From the NCBI GenBank assembly GCA_041497195.1, contig JBGQGB010000001.1, positions 9,904 through 73,903 on the forward strand: a DNA stretch of 64,000 bases, read 5' to 3'. The stretch comes from Candidatus Doudnabacteria bacterium. Its GTDB lineage: Bacteria > Patescibacteriota > Doudnabacteria > UBA920 > 2-01-FULL-46-14. How positions within the stretch are numbered: position 1 is the first letter of the stretch; each line of letters opens with the position of its first letter. Shown here in pieces: positions 47,554 to 57,612 of this stretch. A program made the translations under genes and the position numbers. The notes beneath the pieces were generated by a model. That model saw only the letters and a program-made list of their open reading frames with translations, was not told the DNA's origin and did not search any database.

Positions 47554-48693
47554 TCAGACCGCCTCCCGCCGCAAAGTCGGGGAAACGTGGACCAAGATTT
47601 CATATGGAATAGTATCGCAGCTTTTCGCAATATTCTCAACCGAATTCGGAGCCTTCCGGTCACGACTTATTATCACGACTTCATCCTCGAGTTTCACGTC
47701 TTTAATCGCGGTTACGTCAATGCTGGTAATATTCATACTCACCCGGCCTGCAATGAGACACGGCTGTCCATGGACCAAAAAATAGCCTTTATTGGACAAC
47801 CGAAAATCAACTCCTTCATTGTACCCGGCGGGAACGGCAGCCAGGGTCATCGCGGCTTTGCTCTCGAAAGTGAGATTGTAGCCGACTTTCTCTCCGGGAG
47901 AAATCTTGCGCAAAGAGCTTATGATCGAACGAACTTCCAGAGCCGGCGTGAGCCCCAGGGATGCAAATGACTCATGCGCAAATCCATAGATGCCCTTGCC
48001 GATTCTGGCGACGTTGCCAAGGATCGAGGAAGAATGCAAAAAACCAGGGGTTGCGGCGGCATGCAAGTATTTGAGACCCAGGAATTGCTTTTGAAAAAAT
48101 TCCGCCGCTTTGTTCCACTCGGCTATTTGGGCGCTGGTGAAACTCTGATCAGGATCTTCCGCGGCGGAAAAATGGGTACAAACTCCCTCTAAAATTAGAT
48201 TGTGGTTACTTTTGATCAACTCTGCTGCCTGGCCAATCTCCGCAGGCAGAATCCCCTGGCGGTGCATGCCTGTATCGATTTTGAGGTGGAATAGTTGCGG
48301 GACCGCGAGACTTGAGGCCAACTCTCGCAACTCATTGAGGCTTATTATCGTAAAAGCGATGTCCCGCAAAGTCCGGCGGCGCATCAGATCGCCCCTGGTA
48401 TAGCCGATGATTAGAATGTGCGTTTTGATTCCGGCACGGCGCAAAAGCAGAGCCTCATAAAAAGAATCAACAACGAAAAAAGGCGGCTGCTGTCCTTCCA
48501 GAATGCTCGCAACCTCAGTCAGTCCATGGCCGTAGGCATTGCTTTTGAGCACTGGTGCTATTTGAACATTCGGAAATTTGCCGGCAAAAGCCGAAAAATT
48601 TTTCCTGATTACGTCGCCGTAAATATAGACCTTGATGAGCGGGTCGTATTTAATGCGCGGGGACGTGATTGCCTTCAGGATTTTTTTTAGCAT
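47554..48693 (-). CDS. alr: Alanine racemase
   Basis: VLKSNAYGHG, KIDTGMHRQG, GRVSMN, IPYEI. Confidence 0.96.
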   Translation of the reverse strand: MLKKILKAITSPRIKYDPLIKVYIYGDVIRKNFSAFAGKFPNVQIAPVLKSNAYGHGLTEVASILEGQQPPFFVVDSFYEALLLRRAGIKTHILIIGYTRGDLMRRRTLRDIAFTIISLNELRELASSLAVPQLFHLKIDTGMHRQGILPAEIGQAAELIKSNHNLILEGVCTHFSAAEDPDQSFTSAQIAEWNKAAEFFQKQFLGLKYLHAAATPGFLHSSSILGNVARIGKGIYGFAHESFASLGLTPALEVRSIISSLRKISPGEKVGYNLTFESKAAMTLAAVPAGYNEGVDFRLSNKGYFLVHGQPCLIAGRVSMNITSIDVTAIKDVKLEDEVVIISRDRKAPNSVENIAKSCDTIPYEILVHVSPTLRREAV

Positions 48694-48698
48694 CAAAA

Positions 48699-50138
48699 TC
48701 AAAAATAATTATCCGGCCAGTCGTTTTGAAACAATACTACGTCGCCGGGGCGCAAGATGCCCGGCAGGGCGGCGTGCGCTTCCAACGCGCTGTCAAACAA
48801 CAAGACTTTGTCTTTGGCAAAACCCGCTTTTTCCAATCCAGAGGCAATAAACGGCGTCACACTGTTGCGAATAAAAATCACCAGGTCAGCGACACCACCA
48901 AGCTGTCGGCCTATGTCCTCGTGAACTGCCTGCGCTCTCGCCCCCATCTCCACCAGTCCGGGGGTCACATAGACTTTGCGCTTCCCCCGAAAATTCCCTA
49001 AAACCGCGATTGCTTCCCGCACGCCAGCCGGGTTGCCATTGTAGCTGTCGTCAATCACAAGGACCTGCCCGGAACTCGGTATTGGCTGCAAACGATGCGG
49101 AGCTGGGCGCAGCAAGGCTATGCCTGCGGTAAGCTGCTCTTCATTGAGTCCCAATTTGCTGCCGACTATGACGCCAGCCGCAATCTGCCCCAAGATGTAT
49201 TTGCTGAAAAATGGGAGTTTGAACTTGCCGAGCTGATGGTGGCCCAGAGCCAGGGAAAAACCGATTCCAGATCCGTCTTGAAAAAACTCAAAATCCCCCA
49301 GCTGCAAATTCTCAGTGCTCTCCCCTGCCGTGCTGTAAAGAAAAACTTTTCTGCTACCAACGTAAGAGGAATAGTTTTGCTTGACCAGTTCGTCGTCAAC
49401 ATTCAAGAGTACGAACCCCTCTTGCGATACGCTCTCAACGAGTTCAAACTTTGCTCGAATTGTATTTTCAGTCCCGCCAAACCTTTCCAGATGGGCTTCG
49501 TTGATACCCGTAAGGATCCCGATGCTCGGGTGGGTGAGAGCGCAAAGCGCTCGAATATCGCCGCGTTGATATGCCCCCATTTCCACAATAAAAACTTGGG
49601 TTTCCTTATCAAGCCTTCCCAGAATCAAACCAGCCACGCCCAAGGGAGTATTGATATTCTCCGGGGTTTTAAGGACCCTGTATTTCCGGCTCAAAATCTC
49701 CGCCAAGACTTCTTTTGCGGTTGTTTTGCCGTAACTACCGGTGATCCCTATGACGATCAGGTTCGAAAGGCTAGCCAATTTAGTGCGAGCACGCCGAATA
49801 ATCAAGTACTTCAGCAAAAAATCAAGTGGCCAAAGAAAAACGGTTGTAACGGCCAAAAATAAAAAAAATAAAAAACACAGAAAATAAAAAAATAATAGCC
49901 AGAGCCACAATGCGGCTTGGGGTTTCACCAGGTAAGCTAAGCTATAAGCTACAAAAAATTGCAGTATCAAAGCAAGCACAAAAACAGTCCGCGCTTTGAG
50001 AGTCCAGACCAAGGCCTGCCGCGCCGGCTGGCGGGCCTTGGCGAACGTTTTCTTTATGAGCTGGAAAAAGCGGCTTAGATCGTAATTTTCCAACTGGAGC
50101 TGATAAAGCTGATATGTGACTGTCTTATATGGATTCAT
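48699..50138 (-). CDS. murF: UDP-MurNAc-tripeptide--D-Ala-D-Ala ligase with N-terminal TM helices
   Basis: GITGSYGKTT, VEMGA, IDDSYNGNP, GLVEMG, NDWPDNY. Confidence 0.9.
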   Translation of the reverse strand: MNPYKTVTYQLYQLQLENYDLSRFFQLIKKTFAKARQPARQALVWTLKARTVFVLALILQFFVAYSLAYLVKPQAALWLWLLFFYFLCFLFFLFLAVTTVFLWPLDFLLKYLIIRRARTKLASLSNLIVIGITGSYGKTTAKEVLAEILSRKYRVLKTPENINTPLGVAGLILGRLDKETQVFIVEMGAYQRGDIRALCALTHPSIGILTGINEAHLERFGGTENTIRAKFELVESVSQEGFVLLNVDDELVKQNYSSYVGSRKVFLYSTAGESTENLQLGDFEFFQDGSGIGFSLALGHHQLGKFKLPFFSKYILGQIAAGVIVGSKLGLNEEQLTAGIALLRPAPHRLQPIPSSGQVLVIDDSYNGNPAGVREAIAVLGNFRGKRKVYVTPGLVEMGARAQAVHEDIGRQLGGVADLVIFIRNSVTPFIASGLEKAGFAKDKVLLFDSALEAHAALPGILRPGDVVLFQNDWPDNYF

Positions 50139-50898
50139 CTATAAACTTGCTGATTATCCGAACAAATTCTTCGGGCTTGTCCAAAAAGCTGAAATGTCCC
50201 ACTTTTTGCATTACTACCAAATGCGAACGCGGGATCAGGCGCGCAAACTCCTGGCCCAAGGCGAGGGGCGTTTCTCGATCTTGAGCGCCCCAAACGATGA
50301 GAGTCCGCTGAGTGATCTCAGCGAGACTTTGGCTCAGGTCTTCTTGCATAACATTGAGAAAGGTTGATTTGAGCTCCGGGGTCGCCAAATAATCATCTGC
50401 TCCCAAAATGTGATAAATCCGTGGGCGCAAGGATTTCAGGAGCGGCAAGGCAAATGCCGGCTTGAATATCTTGGCCAAAAAAAATATCGCACGGACTTTC
50501 CAAGAATTTACTCTTATTCCGCTGCTGTTCACCAAGACTAATTGTTGAACAAATTCGGGAAAAAGCTCAGCTGCTTTGACCGCAACGTTTCCCCCGAAAG
50601 AATGACCGATCACACAAACGTCGGTGAGTCTGAAACGCTCAATCAGGCCCTTCAAGACCTCAGCATAATCCGACACGTCCCAAGCGGCATCCGGCAGTTG
50701 TGATCGGCCAAAACCGGGCAAATCCAGAGCATAAATCTGCCAATCAGGATGTTTTAGCAATTTCAACACCGGCAACCAAATCTGGGAGTTGGAACGCCAG
50801 CCATGTAAAAAAATAACCGTACGGACGGCCTTGCTGCTGCTGGGTATGACGTAATAATTCACTACTACGTCGTTGAGAACGATTTGTTTCTCAGTCAT
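50125..50898 (-). CDS. Alpha/beta hydrolase
   Basis: FLHGW, DLPGFG, GHSFGG, GHF. Confidence 0.92.
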   Translation of the reverse strand: MTEKQIVLNDVVVNYYVIPSSSKAVRTVIFLHGWRSNSQIWLPVLKLLKHPDWQIYALDLPGFGRSQLPDAAWDVSDYAEVLKGLIERFRLTDVCVIGHSFGGNVAVKAAELFPEFVQQLVLVNSSGIRVNSWKVRAIFFLAKIFKPAFALPLLKSLRPRIYHILGADDYLATPELKSTFLNVMQEDLSQSLAEITQRTLIVWGAQDRETPLALGQEFARLIPRSHLVVMQKVGHFSFLDKPEEFVRIISKFIDESI

Positions 50899-52151
50899 TT
50901 TGGCTTGAGACGGTCTTTACCAACAAACTCTTGCAAAACTTTTGGCACGCGTACCGAGCCATCCGCTTCCTGATAATTTTCCAAAATGGGAATCAAAGTC
51001 CGCGGAGAAGCAATCATGGTATTATTAAGCGTATAGACGTGGCGCACTTGTCCGGATTTCGTCCGGTAGCGGATATTGAGCCGCCTGGCCTGCCAATCAG
51101 TGAGATTTGAATTGGAGTGCGTCTCCCCATAGTTTCCTCGGCCTGGCATCCACGTCTCGATGTCATACATTTTATACTTACCAGATCCCATGTCACCAGT
51201 TGCAATTTGGATGACCCGGTGGGGCAACTCTAGTTCCTGCAAAAGCTCTCTGGCGTAACTATTTAATTCTTGAAAAAGTTTTTCCGATTCTTCCAAATCG
51301 TCCTTGCAAAGCACGACTTGTTCGACTTTCATGAATTCGTGGATGCGATAAATCCCTTTGGTGTCTTTCCCGTACCCGCCAACTTCCCGCCGATAGCACT
51401 GCGAGATGCCGCCCAATTTTATGGGCAAATCTTTTTCTTCTAGAACTTCGTTCTCACTATATGCCAGCAAAGATGGCTCGGCAGTTCCAGTGAGAAATTT
51501 GGTGGCTTTTGCTTTTTCTTCTCTATACTCCTCGACTTCGTAGATTTCCTGTCTCTGCGTCGGGAAATGGCCGCTCCCAATCAGAGACGACTCTCCGACT
51601 AATGTCGGGGGAATCATTGGGGTAAATCCGCGCTCTATCAGTTTTTTGAGGGCAAGCTGAAGAATTCCCAAATGCAGAAGCACGCCTTCGTTTTTCAGAA
51701 AATATCCTCGAAATCCCGCCACTTTTGCCCCGCGCTCCAAATCTAGAATATCTAGGGCAATCCCGAGTGCTATATGGTCTTTTATCGGGAAACTAAATTT
51801 TGGCTTTTCTCCCCACTCGTCGATTACTCTAAAATCTTTCTCTCCCCCAATAGGGGTATCAGCAGAAGGAATGTTTGGAACCAAAAGCATCAATTCTTGA
51901 AATTGCTTTTCCCATTCCAAGAGGTCTTTTTCCAATTTGCCCAGCTCTTCTTTGAGTTTTCTTCCTTCCTCAACATTTCGCGCTTTAGAGGCTTGCTTGC
52001 GTTTTTGTCCCAATATATCAATCTCAGTGATAAATTTGCGCCGTTCCTCGTCGATTTTCAAAAGTGCATCCAAATCCAAATCAACAGCTTTGTCTTTTAT
52101 CGCTTTTTTTACCAAGTCCTGGTTTTCACGAATAAATTTTATGTCTAGCAT
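50895..52151 (-). CDS. serS: Serine--tRNA ligase
   Basis: MLDIKFIRE, GTAE, YRREVG, RIHEFMKVEQ, ETHS.SN. Confidence 0.98.
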   Translation of the reverse strand: MLDIKFIRENQDLVKKAIKDKAVDLDLDALLKIDEERRKFITEIDILGQKRKQASKARNVEEGRKLKEELGKLEKDLLEWEKQFQELMLLVPNIPSADTPIGGEKDFRVIDEWGEKPKFSFPIKDHIALGIALDILDLERGAKVAGFRGYFLKNEGVLLHLGILQLALKKLIERGFTPMIPPTLVGESSLIGSGHFPTQRQEIYEVEEYREEKAKATKFLTGTAEPSLLAYSENEVLEEKDLPIKLGGISQCYRREVGGYGKDTKGIYRIHEFMKVEQVVLCKDDLEESEKLFQELNSYARELLQELELPHRVIQIATGDMGSGKYKMYDIETWMPGRGNYGETHSNSNLTDWQARRLNIRYRTKSGQVRHVYTLNNTMIASPRTLIPILENYQEADGSVRVPKVLQEFVGKDRLKPK

Positions 52152-52152
52152 A

Positions 52153-52761
52153 TTAGAACAGATACGGTTCTAGTTTTAATAATAGCTCGCGGCAAGCTCT
52201 TTTTCGATGGTCTGAAGTCTCTCTTTCTTCATCGGTCAGTTCATTATAATATTTATCTAATTCCGGGATAAAAAGAATGGAACGGTACGGATAACCTGGC
52301 ATCAATCTGCCTAAAATTTCTTTCCTTGTCGGGATAATTCCTTCTCTCACGGCCTCTACATAAATATAATCTCGTTCGTGAGGAAAAAATACCAAAACTA
52401 TATTTCTCAATCTCGCTGTTCGTTTAGCTAAGGGCACGCCTTCTAGTAGATCCAATAATTTTGTGAGCTTCTGTTCATGTGTCGCGTTTGGCCCCAGCCA
52501 ACGATTTGATTCAATGCCCGGGCGCCCGTCGAGAGCATCCACCTCGAGTCCACCATCATCGGCTAAAGTGGGGTACTCGGAACGTTCAGCGTAGAATTTT
52601 GCTTTTTGCAGGGCGTTGTCTTTATAATTTTCTCCGATCTCCAAAGGCTGGTCGAGAATTCCCAAATCACCTAGGGTGACGAGCTCCAAATTTGCATGCA
52701 CTAAATATTTCTGGTAATCGTGAATTTTTCCTAAATTCGTCGTACCCAAAAGCAATTTCAT
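52153..52761 (-). CDS. rdgB: Non-canonical purine NTP pyrophosphatase (RdgB/Ham1)
   Basis: TTNLGK, NALQKA, ADDGGL..DALDGRPG, DHR (SHR variant). Confidence 0.88.
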   Translation of the reverse strand: MKLLLGTTNLGKIHDYQKYLVHANLELVTLGDLGILDQPLEIGENYKDNALQKAKFYAERSEYPTLADDGGLEVDALDGRPGIESNRWLGPNATHEQKLTKLLDLLEGVPLAKRTARLRNIVLVFFPHERDYIYVEAVREGIIPTRKEILGRLMPGYPYRSILFIPELDKYYNELTDEERETSDHRKRACRELLLKLEPYLF

Positions 52762-52762
52762 A

Positions 52763-53317
52763 CTACAACCCTAGCTCTGCCGCGATACCCTGCATTTCCC
52801 GCAGACAAATCTCCGTCAATTCTTCAAGGCTCAATCCCAACAGTTCCTGGCAGCGCGCGATAAGCTCCCGTTTCGTCCCGGCGGCAAACGATTTGGATTT
52901 GAATTTCTTGAGCACTGATTCGCTCGTCAGAGAAGCCAATTTTTTGTCAGGCAAAACAAGTGTGGCAGCCACGACCAAACCAGTCAAACCTTCTCCGCAG
53001 TAAAGTGCTTTGTCCATGAGGGTTTTCGGCTCGAGGCCATGCAGTGGATTGTGAATCTTGATGGCTTCCGCGATTTCCGGATCAATATCCGTTGCCTTTA
53101 ACCATTCATATGCCATAAGCGAATGCTGGTCTGGTTTAGCCTTTGTATCATCATAATCAAGATCATGAAGCAGCCCGGCCAAGCCCCATTTATTCTCATC
53201 TTCCCCGAACCGCTTGGCCAACCCTCTCATCAATGCCTCGGAGGCGAGCATGTGTTTAATGAGATTCGGGGTCTTGACGTGCTGATGTAAAAGAGCCAAT
53301 GCCTCTTCCCGCGTCAT
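52763..53317 (-). CDS. HDIG-domain metal-dependent phosphohydrolase
   Basis: KHMLASE, GLLHDLD, KSKSFAAG. Confidence 0.88.
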   Translation of the reverse strand: MTREEALALLHQHVKTPNLIKHMLASEALMRGLAKRFGEDENKWGLAGLLHDLDYDDTKAKPDQHSLMAYEWLKATDIDPEIAEAIKIHNPLHGLEPKTLMDKALYCGEGLTGLVVAATLVLPDKKLASLTSESVLKKFKSKSFAAGTKRELIARCQELLGLSLEELTEICLREMQGIAAELGL

Positions 53318-54780
53318 TTCTTTTCCTCCCTCATCGGTGGAAAAATCACAGTTTCGCGGATTGATTTATCCATGAGAACTGAGAACAAACGCTCTGACAT
53401 TCCAAAGCCTGCAGCCGGGGGCATGCCATACTCGAGTGCTTCGACAAAATCTTCATCCAGCTGCTGGGCTTCCTCATCTCCCGCTTGGCGCAATTTCATC
53501 TGTTCTTCAAACCGGTGTCGCTGATCAAGAGGATCGTTCAGCTCAGCAAAACCTTTCCCCAGTTCGGTCCCCCAGGCCACGATTTGCAAACGCTGGACTC
53601 GGTCTGGCTTCGCAGGTAGGCGTTTGGCCAAAGGCTCGATCTCTGCTGGTGGATACACCAAAAAACCAGGCTCTATCAATTTAGGACGGACAAATTTTTT
53701 ATATATCAAATCAACCAGCCGCCCGCGTTGAGCAAATTTTTCGTACCGAATCCCTGCCCCCTCCGCCTTCTTTTTCAGCTCGACATCAGAAACTTTTTCC
53801 AAATCCAGACCGGCATGCTTCTTGAATTCTTCAAAATAATCATAAATCTTCCAGTCTTCGCCCCAATCAATCTCGCGGCCTTGCGCAGTGACTTTCAAAC
53901 CCCCGAACAGTCGGGAAACAATACTTCGAAACAATTTTTGCGAAAAATCCATGAGATCCTGGAAATCCGCATATGCCCAATAAAACTCCATTTGCGTGTA
54001 ATCCTGAAGATGTTCAGTGGAAATTCCCTCATTACGGAAAATGCGCCCTATCTCAAATACCCGTTCAAAACCCCCGACCAAAAGGCGTTTCAAGGGAAGT
54101 TCCAGGGAAATACGCAGATAAAAATCCTGGTCCAGGGCTTTGTGGTGAGTCATAAATGGCTTAGCCTCAGCGCCCCCAGGCACATGCTCCAAAACCGGTG
54201 CTTCTACTTCCAAAAATCCATGCTCATCCATAAACTCTCTGACCGTCTGCCAAAACTGCGCTTTTCTGACAAAAATTTGGCGCGTCTCCGGATTGGTCAA
54301 CAAATCCAGATACCGCTTGCGCAATCGCAACTCGTGATCAGTGAGCCCGTGCCATTTGTCAGGCAGGGCCCGTAGACTCTTGGCCAAAATCCGGAAAGTG
54401 ACCGCTTCCAAGGTTTTTTCTCCGCGAGCCGTTTCCATCAAAACGCCGCTCAACTCAGCGAAGTCACCCACGTCCACAAAAGCCTCAAAATTCTTGAGAA
54501 GCTCGGCCGGGACCTGGTCTTGCTTCATTAAAAATTGGATCTTGCCCGTACCATCCTCCAAATTGCCAAAAATGATCGCACCATGCTTGCGGATTGCCCG
54601 GATTCTGCCCGCGAGTGTCAGCTTTTTTTTCGAACTCGCAAGCGAAGCAAATTTTTCCAAAGCCTCAGCTGCGGTATGAGTTCTCGAAGTCTCCGCCGGA
54701 TACGGATCAATTCCGGCTAGTTTGATATTTTCGAGTTTTTTTACTCGCTCCTCATACAGCTTGGCTTCTTTTTCTGTCAT
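53314..54780 (-). CDS. lysS: Lysine--tRNA ligase (class II)
   Basis: OB fold, GGAEAKPF, FRNEG, EYGMPPAAGFG. Confidence 0.98.
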   Translation of the reverse strand: MTEKEAKLYEERVKKLENIKLAGIDPYPAETSRTHTAAEALEKFASLASSKKKLTLAGRIRAIRKHGAIIFGNLEDGTGKIQFLMKQDQVPAELLKNFEAFVDVGDFAELSGVLMETARGEKTLEAVTFRILAKSLRALPDKWHGLTDHELRLRKRYLDLLTNPETRQIFVRKAQFWQTVREFMDEHGFLEVEAPVLEHVPGGAEAKPFMTHHKALDQDFYLRISLELPLKRLLVGGFERVFEIGRIFRNEGISTEHLQDYTQMEFYWAYADFQDLMDFSQKLFRSIVSRLFGGLKVTAQGREIDWGEDWKIYDYFEEFKKHAGLDLEKVSDVELKKKAEGAGIRYEKFAQRGRLVDLIYKKFVRPKLIEPGFLVYPPAEIEPLAKRLPAKPDRVQRLQIVAWGTELGKGFAELNDPLDQRHRFEEQMKLRQAGDEEAQQLDEDFVEALEYGMPPAAGFGMSERLFSVLMDKSIRETVIFPPMREEKK

Positions 54781-54882
54781 AAAAACGAATCAATTTTAGA
54801 GTTTTATTATACCATAATTGCCTCAAAAAAAGAAAAAATCCATTTCTCATGGATTTTTCTAAAAAACTACAAAAAAATGAAT

Positions 54883-55344
54883 TTACATTATCTCCAAAAT
54901 TTCGTAACCAACCATGCCAGCTGGGGTGGTCACCTGGACCTTGTCCCCGGGCTTGGCACCAAGGAGTTTTTGTCCGACCAGCGACTCGTTGGAAATCCGT
55001 CCTTCGGCAGGATTGGCTTCATTGGAGCCGACTATAGTATAAGTTTTTTCTTTATCCTCTACGCGTAGCTTTACAGTGGACCCGACAGAAACCATATTCC
55101 GATTGCCGTTCGTTTTAATAAGCTCAGCATTCTTGATCGTTTCCTCCAGCTCCAAAATGCGGCCCTCGATGAAAGCTTGCTCCTCTTTAGCCTGAGCATA
55201 ATCGGCATTCTCCGATAAATCCCCATGGGCTACCGCTTCCTGGATGCGCTCAATCACTTCCTTGCGTCGTTCATTCACCAGCACTTCCAGCTCTTTCTTA
55301 ACTTTCTCCAGTCCTTCCTTGGTCAAAAGATATTTTTTTGTCAT
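54883..55344 (-). CDS. greA: Transcription elongation factor GreA
   Basis: HGDLSENADY, ISNESLVG; start MTKKY 7 nt after TTGACA-N17-TAATGT. Confidence 0.97.
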   Translation of the reverse strand: MTKKYLLTKEGLEKVKKELEVLVNERRKEVIERIQEAVAHGDLSENADYAQAKEEQAFIEGRILELEETIKNAELIKTNGNRNMVSVGSTVKLRVEDKEKTYTIVGSNEANPAEGRISNESLVGQKLLGAKPGDKVQVTTPAGMVGYEILEIM

Positions 55345-55376
55345 GCAGATTACATTATCGGTTTTTACAAAAAATG

Positions 55377-56240
55377 TCAAATTTCCCGCTGGGATCGCAG
55401 TCTGCTACTCGCCACTTTCACCCCGTTCCCCAAAAGCATGGCCACTGTCACAGGCCCCACGCCGCCAGGCACTGGTGCGAACAAACGAGCTTTGTTCAAA
55501 ACGCTGTCTGACTCAACGTCGCCTTTTATGTCTCCGTTTGCAGAACCAGTGGTGCCAGCATCAATGATGACAGAGCCTTTTTTAACCATGCTTCCTATTA
55601 TTAAATCTGGTTTTCCTACGGCAGTGATGAGTACGTCTGCTTTCACCGCCAGCTGAGAGAGATTGTCAGTGTGGCGATTAGCGACCTCAAAACTCAGGCC
55701 CCTGTTCAAAAGCATTGCCGCTAGAGGTCGACCGACCAGCTCGCCGGATCCGACCAGCAAAATATGTCCTTTCAAATCGACTTTGTATTCTTCCAAAAGT
55801 TTCAGTATCGCCGCTGGAGCTGGCGGGAAAAATTTGATTTCCTTTCCAGTCACCAGTTTTTGCTTGTTTACTGTAGTCAGACAATCCACGTCCAAATCGG
55901 GCGAAACCGCATCAAGAATTTCCTGCGCCGGCAGGTTCCCCGGCAATGGCAATTGCACCAAAATCCCGCAGACATTCTGCTCCTGATTGAGACCTCTGAT
56001 CGCAGCTACGAGTTCGGATGCGGCGACATCTTCGGGAAAAGATTTCAAATCGACCTTGAGACCAATCTCCTGGGCGCGCTTCTGTTTTATCCTGATATAA
56101 TTCAAAGAGGCCGGGTTTTGCCCGGCCAGAATCACCACAAGCCGCGGAAACAAGCCAGCCGTATTCAATTGACTAAGTTCCTTTTTCAGCTGCCCGAGAA
56201 TTTTGTCGGCAATTTTTTTCCCGTTGATTATTTCTGTCAT
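55377..56240 (-). CDS. folD: Bifunctional methylene-THF dehydrogenase/cyclohydrolase
   Basis: GILVQLPLP, DVD, GDV, PVPGGVGPVTVAML. Confidence 0.95.
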   Translation of the reverse strand: MTEIINGKKIADKILGQLKKELSQLNTAGLFPRLVVILAGQNPASLNYIRIKQKRAQEIGLKVDLKSFPEDVAASELVAAIRGLNQEQNVCGILVQLPLPGNLPAQEILDAVSPDLDVDCLTTVNKQKLVTGKEIKFFPPAPAAILKLLEEYKVDLKGHILLVGSGELVGRPLAAMLLNRGLSFEVANRHTDNLSQLAVKADVLITAVGKPDLIIGSMVKKGSVIIDAGTTGSANGDIKGDVESDSVLNKARLFAPVPGGVGPVTVAMLLGNGVKVASSRLRSQREI

Positions 56241-56331
56241 ATCAAACACTGGCAAAAGCTATAGATCCATGTTAACAGGGTTTCACACTGTGTCAATTTT
56301 TTTGGAAAAATAAATAGGGGGGCCCAAAACA

Positions 56332-57303
56332 TCAGGCTGCCCCCTTGAAAACAAAATCTTTTTGTCGGTTTTCCGGCAACTCGTCTCTGTCACGAACCAA
56401 AAGCCAATCGAGCTCTCTTCTTGCGTGAGTGACTGCCGCACTCATTGCTCCCTTGACTCGTCCGCCGCACCGGCCAGCCGCGAGCTGTGTTTCTACGTAC
56501 CATAAGGCGTTCACAGCGCGTTGGTGTCGATCTGCAAACGGATCAGGAAACTTCAGCAACAATCCGGCGAGCTCACTGGAGAGTTGTTGACTCTTTTGTT
56601 TAATCGCCTCAGGAGAACGGGCCGTTTTGAGCTCCCGCTCAGCCCGCTCGGGGAAGCTTTGAAACGTCTTGAAAAATTCCTGAGCGTACCATACATAATG
56701 CTCCCAAATGAGCCCGAGCAACTGCTTGCGATTCTGGATATGGGGTATCTGCCCGAGAATGCGTCGAGTTTCACGGTCCAGAAGCGGCTGCAAGCGCTGG
56801 ACAATCGTGCAACACGCAGCGCCCCAATTGCCGTCTTCTAGAAGCTCCAGGACCCCTTTCTTGACGAGGTACTCGCCATCCCCCAACTGACTCTTGATTT
56901 CGTACTGATTTGCTGTTCTTACACCGACGAGTTTGGCGAGAAGAATAAGCAATCTCGACTCCCCATCGCTGAGCTTCTCTTGCCAACTCACCCGGTCCGA
57001 ACGGAGGAAGGCATGGAAAAAATCCAATTCTTCCCTCAGCTTTTGGGCAAAAAAAGCTTTTTCGAAGATCGACTGAATTGCGTGGTCGAACGACCGCAGT
57101 GCTTCCTGAAAGGTCACAAACCGCTGCCGAACTTGCCTGATCTGCAACACACCCTGCTTCCAGCTCGCGTGGTTCACCCAAATTCGAGTCTGGTACTTTG
57201 GAGTTGGATATGCTGCGATCGTAATTCCGACTGCCTGGGCTGCTTTCACCAAAGTGCGAATTTCATAATGTCTTCTCGGGTCAAAACCGAATGTGATATC
57301 CAT
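56332..57303 (-). CDS. Hypothetical helical protein (ORFan)
   Basis: 323-aa ORF, SD AAGGGGG. Confidence 0.7.
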   Translation of the reverse strand: MDITFGFDPRRHYEIRTLVKAAQAVGITIAAYPTPKYQTRIWVNHASWKQGVLQIRQVRQRFVTFQEALRSFDHAIQSIFEKAFFAQKLREELDFFHAFLRSDRVSWQEKLSDGESRLLILLAKLVGVRTANQYEIKSQLGDGEYLVKKGVLELLEDGNWGAACCTIVQRLQPLLDRETRRILGQIPHIQNRKQLLGLIWEHYVWYAQEFFKTFQSFPERAERELKTARSPEAIKQKSQQLSSELAGLLLKFPDPFADRHQRAVNALWYVETQLAAGRCGGRVKGAMSAAVTHARRELDWLLVRDRDELPENRQKDFVFKGAA

Positions 57304-57320
57304 GATTACCCCCTTGTAGT

Positions 57321-57612
57321 TGTGCCACTTATCCTAGCACAAAAAGAAAAAAGGATAAAGTGCAAGCACTAAATCCTTTCTTCAAGGTGGAGAATATCCC
57401 TTCAAACCGGCCCAAATGTCTTATCCGTGTCTGCCCGAGTCGCCCCGAGTGACTTTCAGCGTCGACTCCATACTACTTTTTTAGGGTAGTCGACCGACTG
57501 CATTTCTGCAATCATTCAATTCCGGCTGTAAAAGAGGTATGCCCCACGAAGTTATTTTACAACACGCTTCTAAACAGTCAATCGAAATTCTTTTGGCTTA
57601 AATCAAGGCACA
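57321..57612 (-). ncRNA. Candidate structured ncRNA, 6S (SsrS)-like
   Basis: Long irregular stem 57545-57522 pairing with 57410-57389, ending CUCCACCUUG; apical GAAA-tetraloop hairpin; possible outer stem at the ends. Confidence 0.45.
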
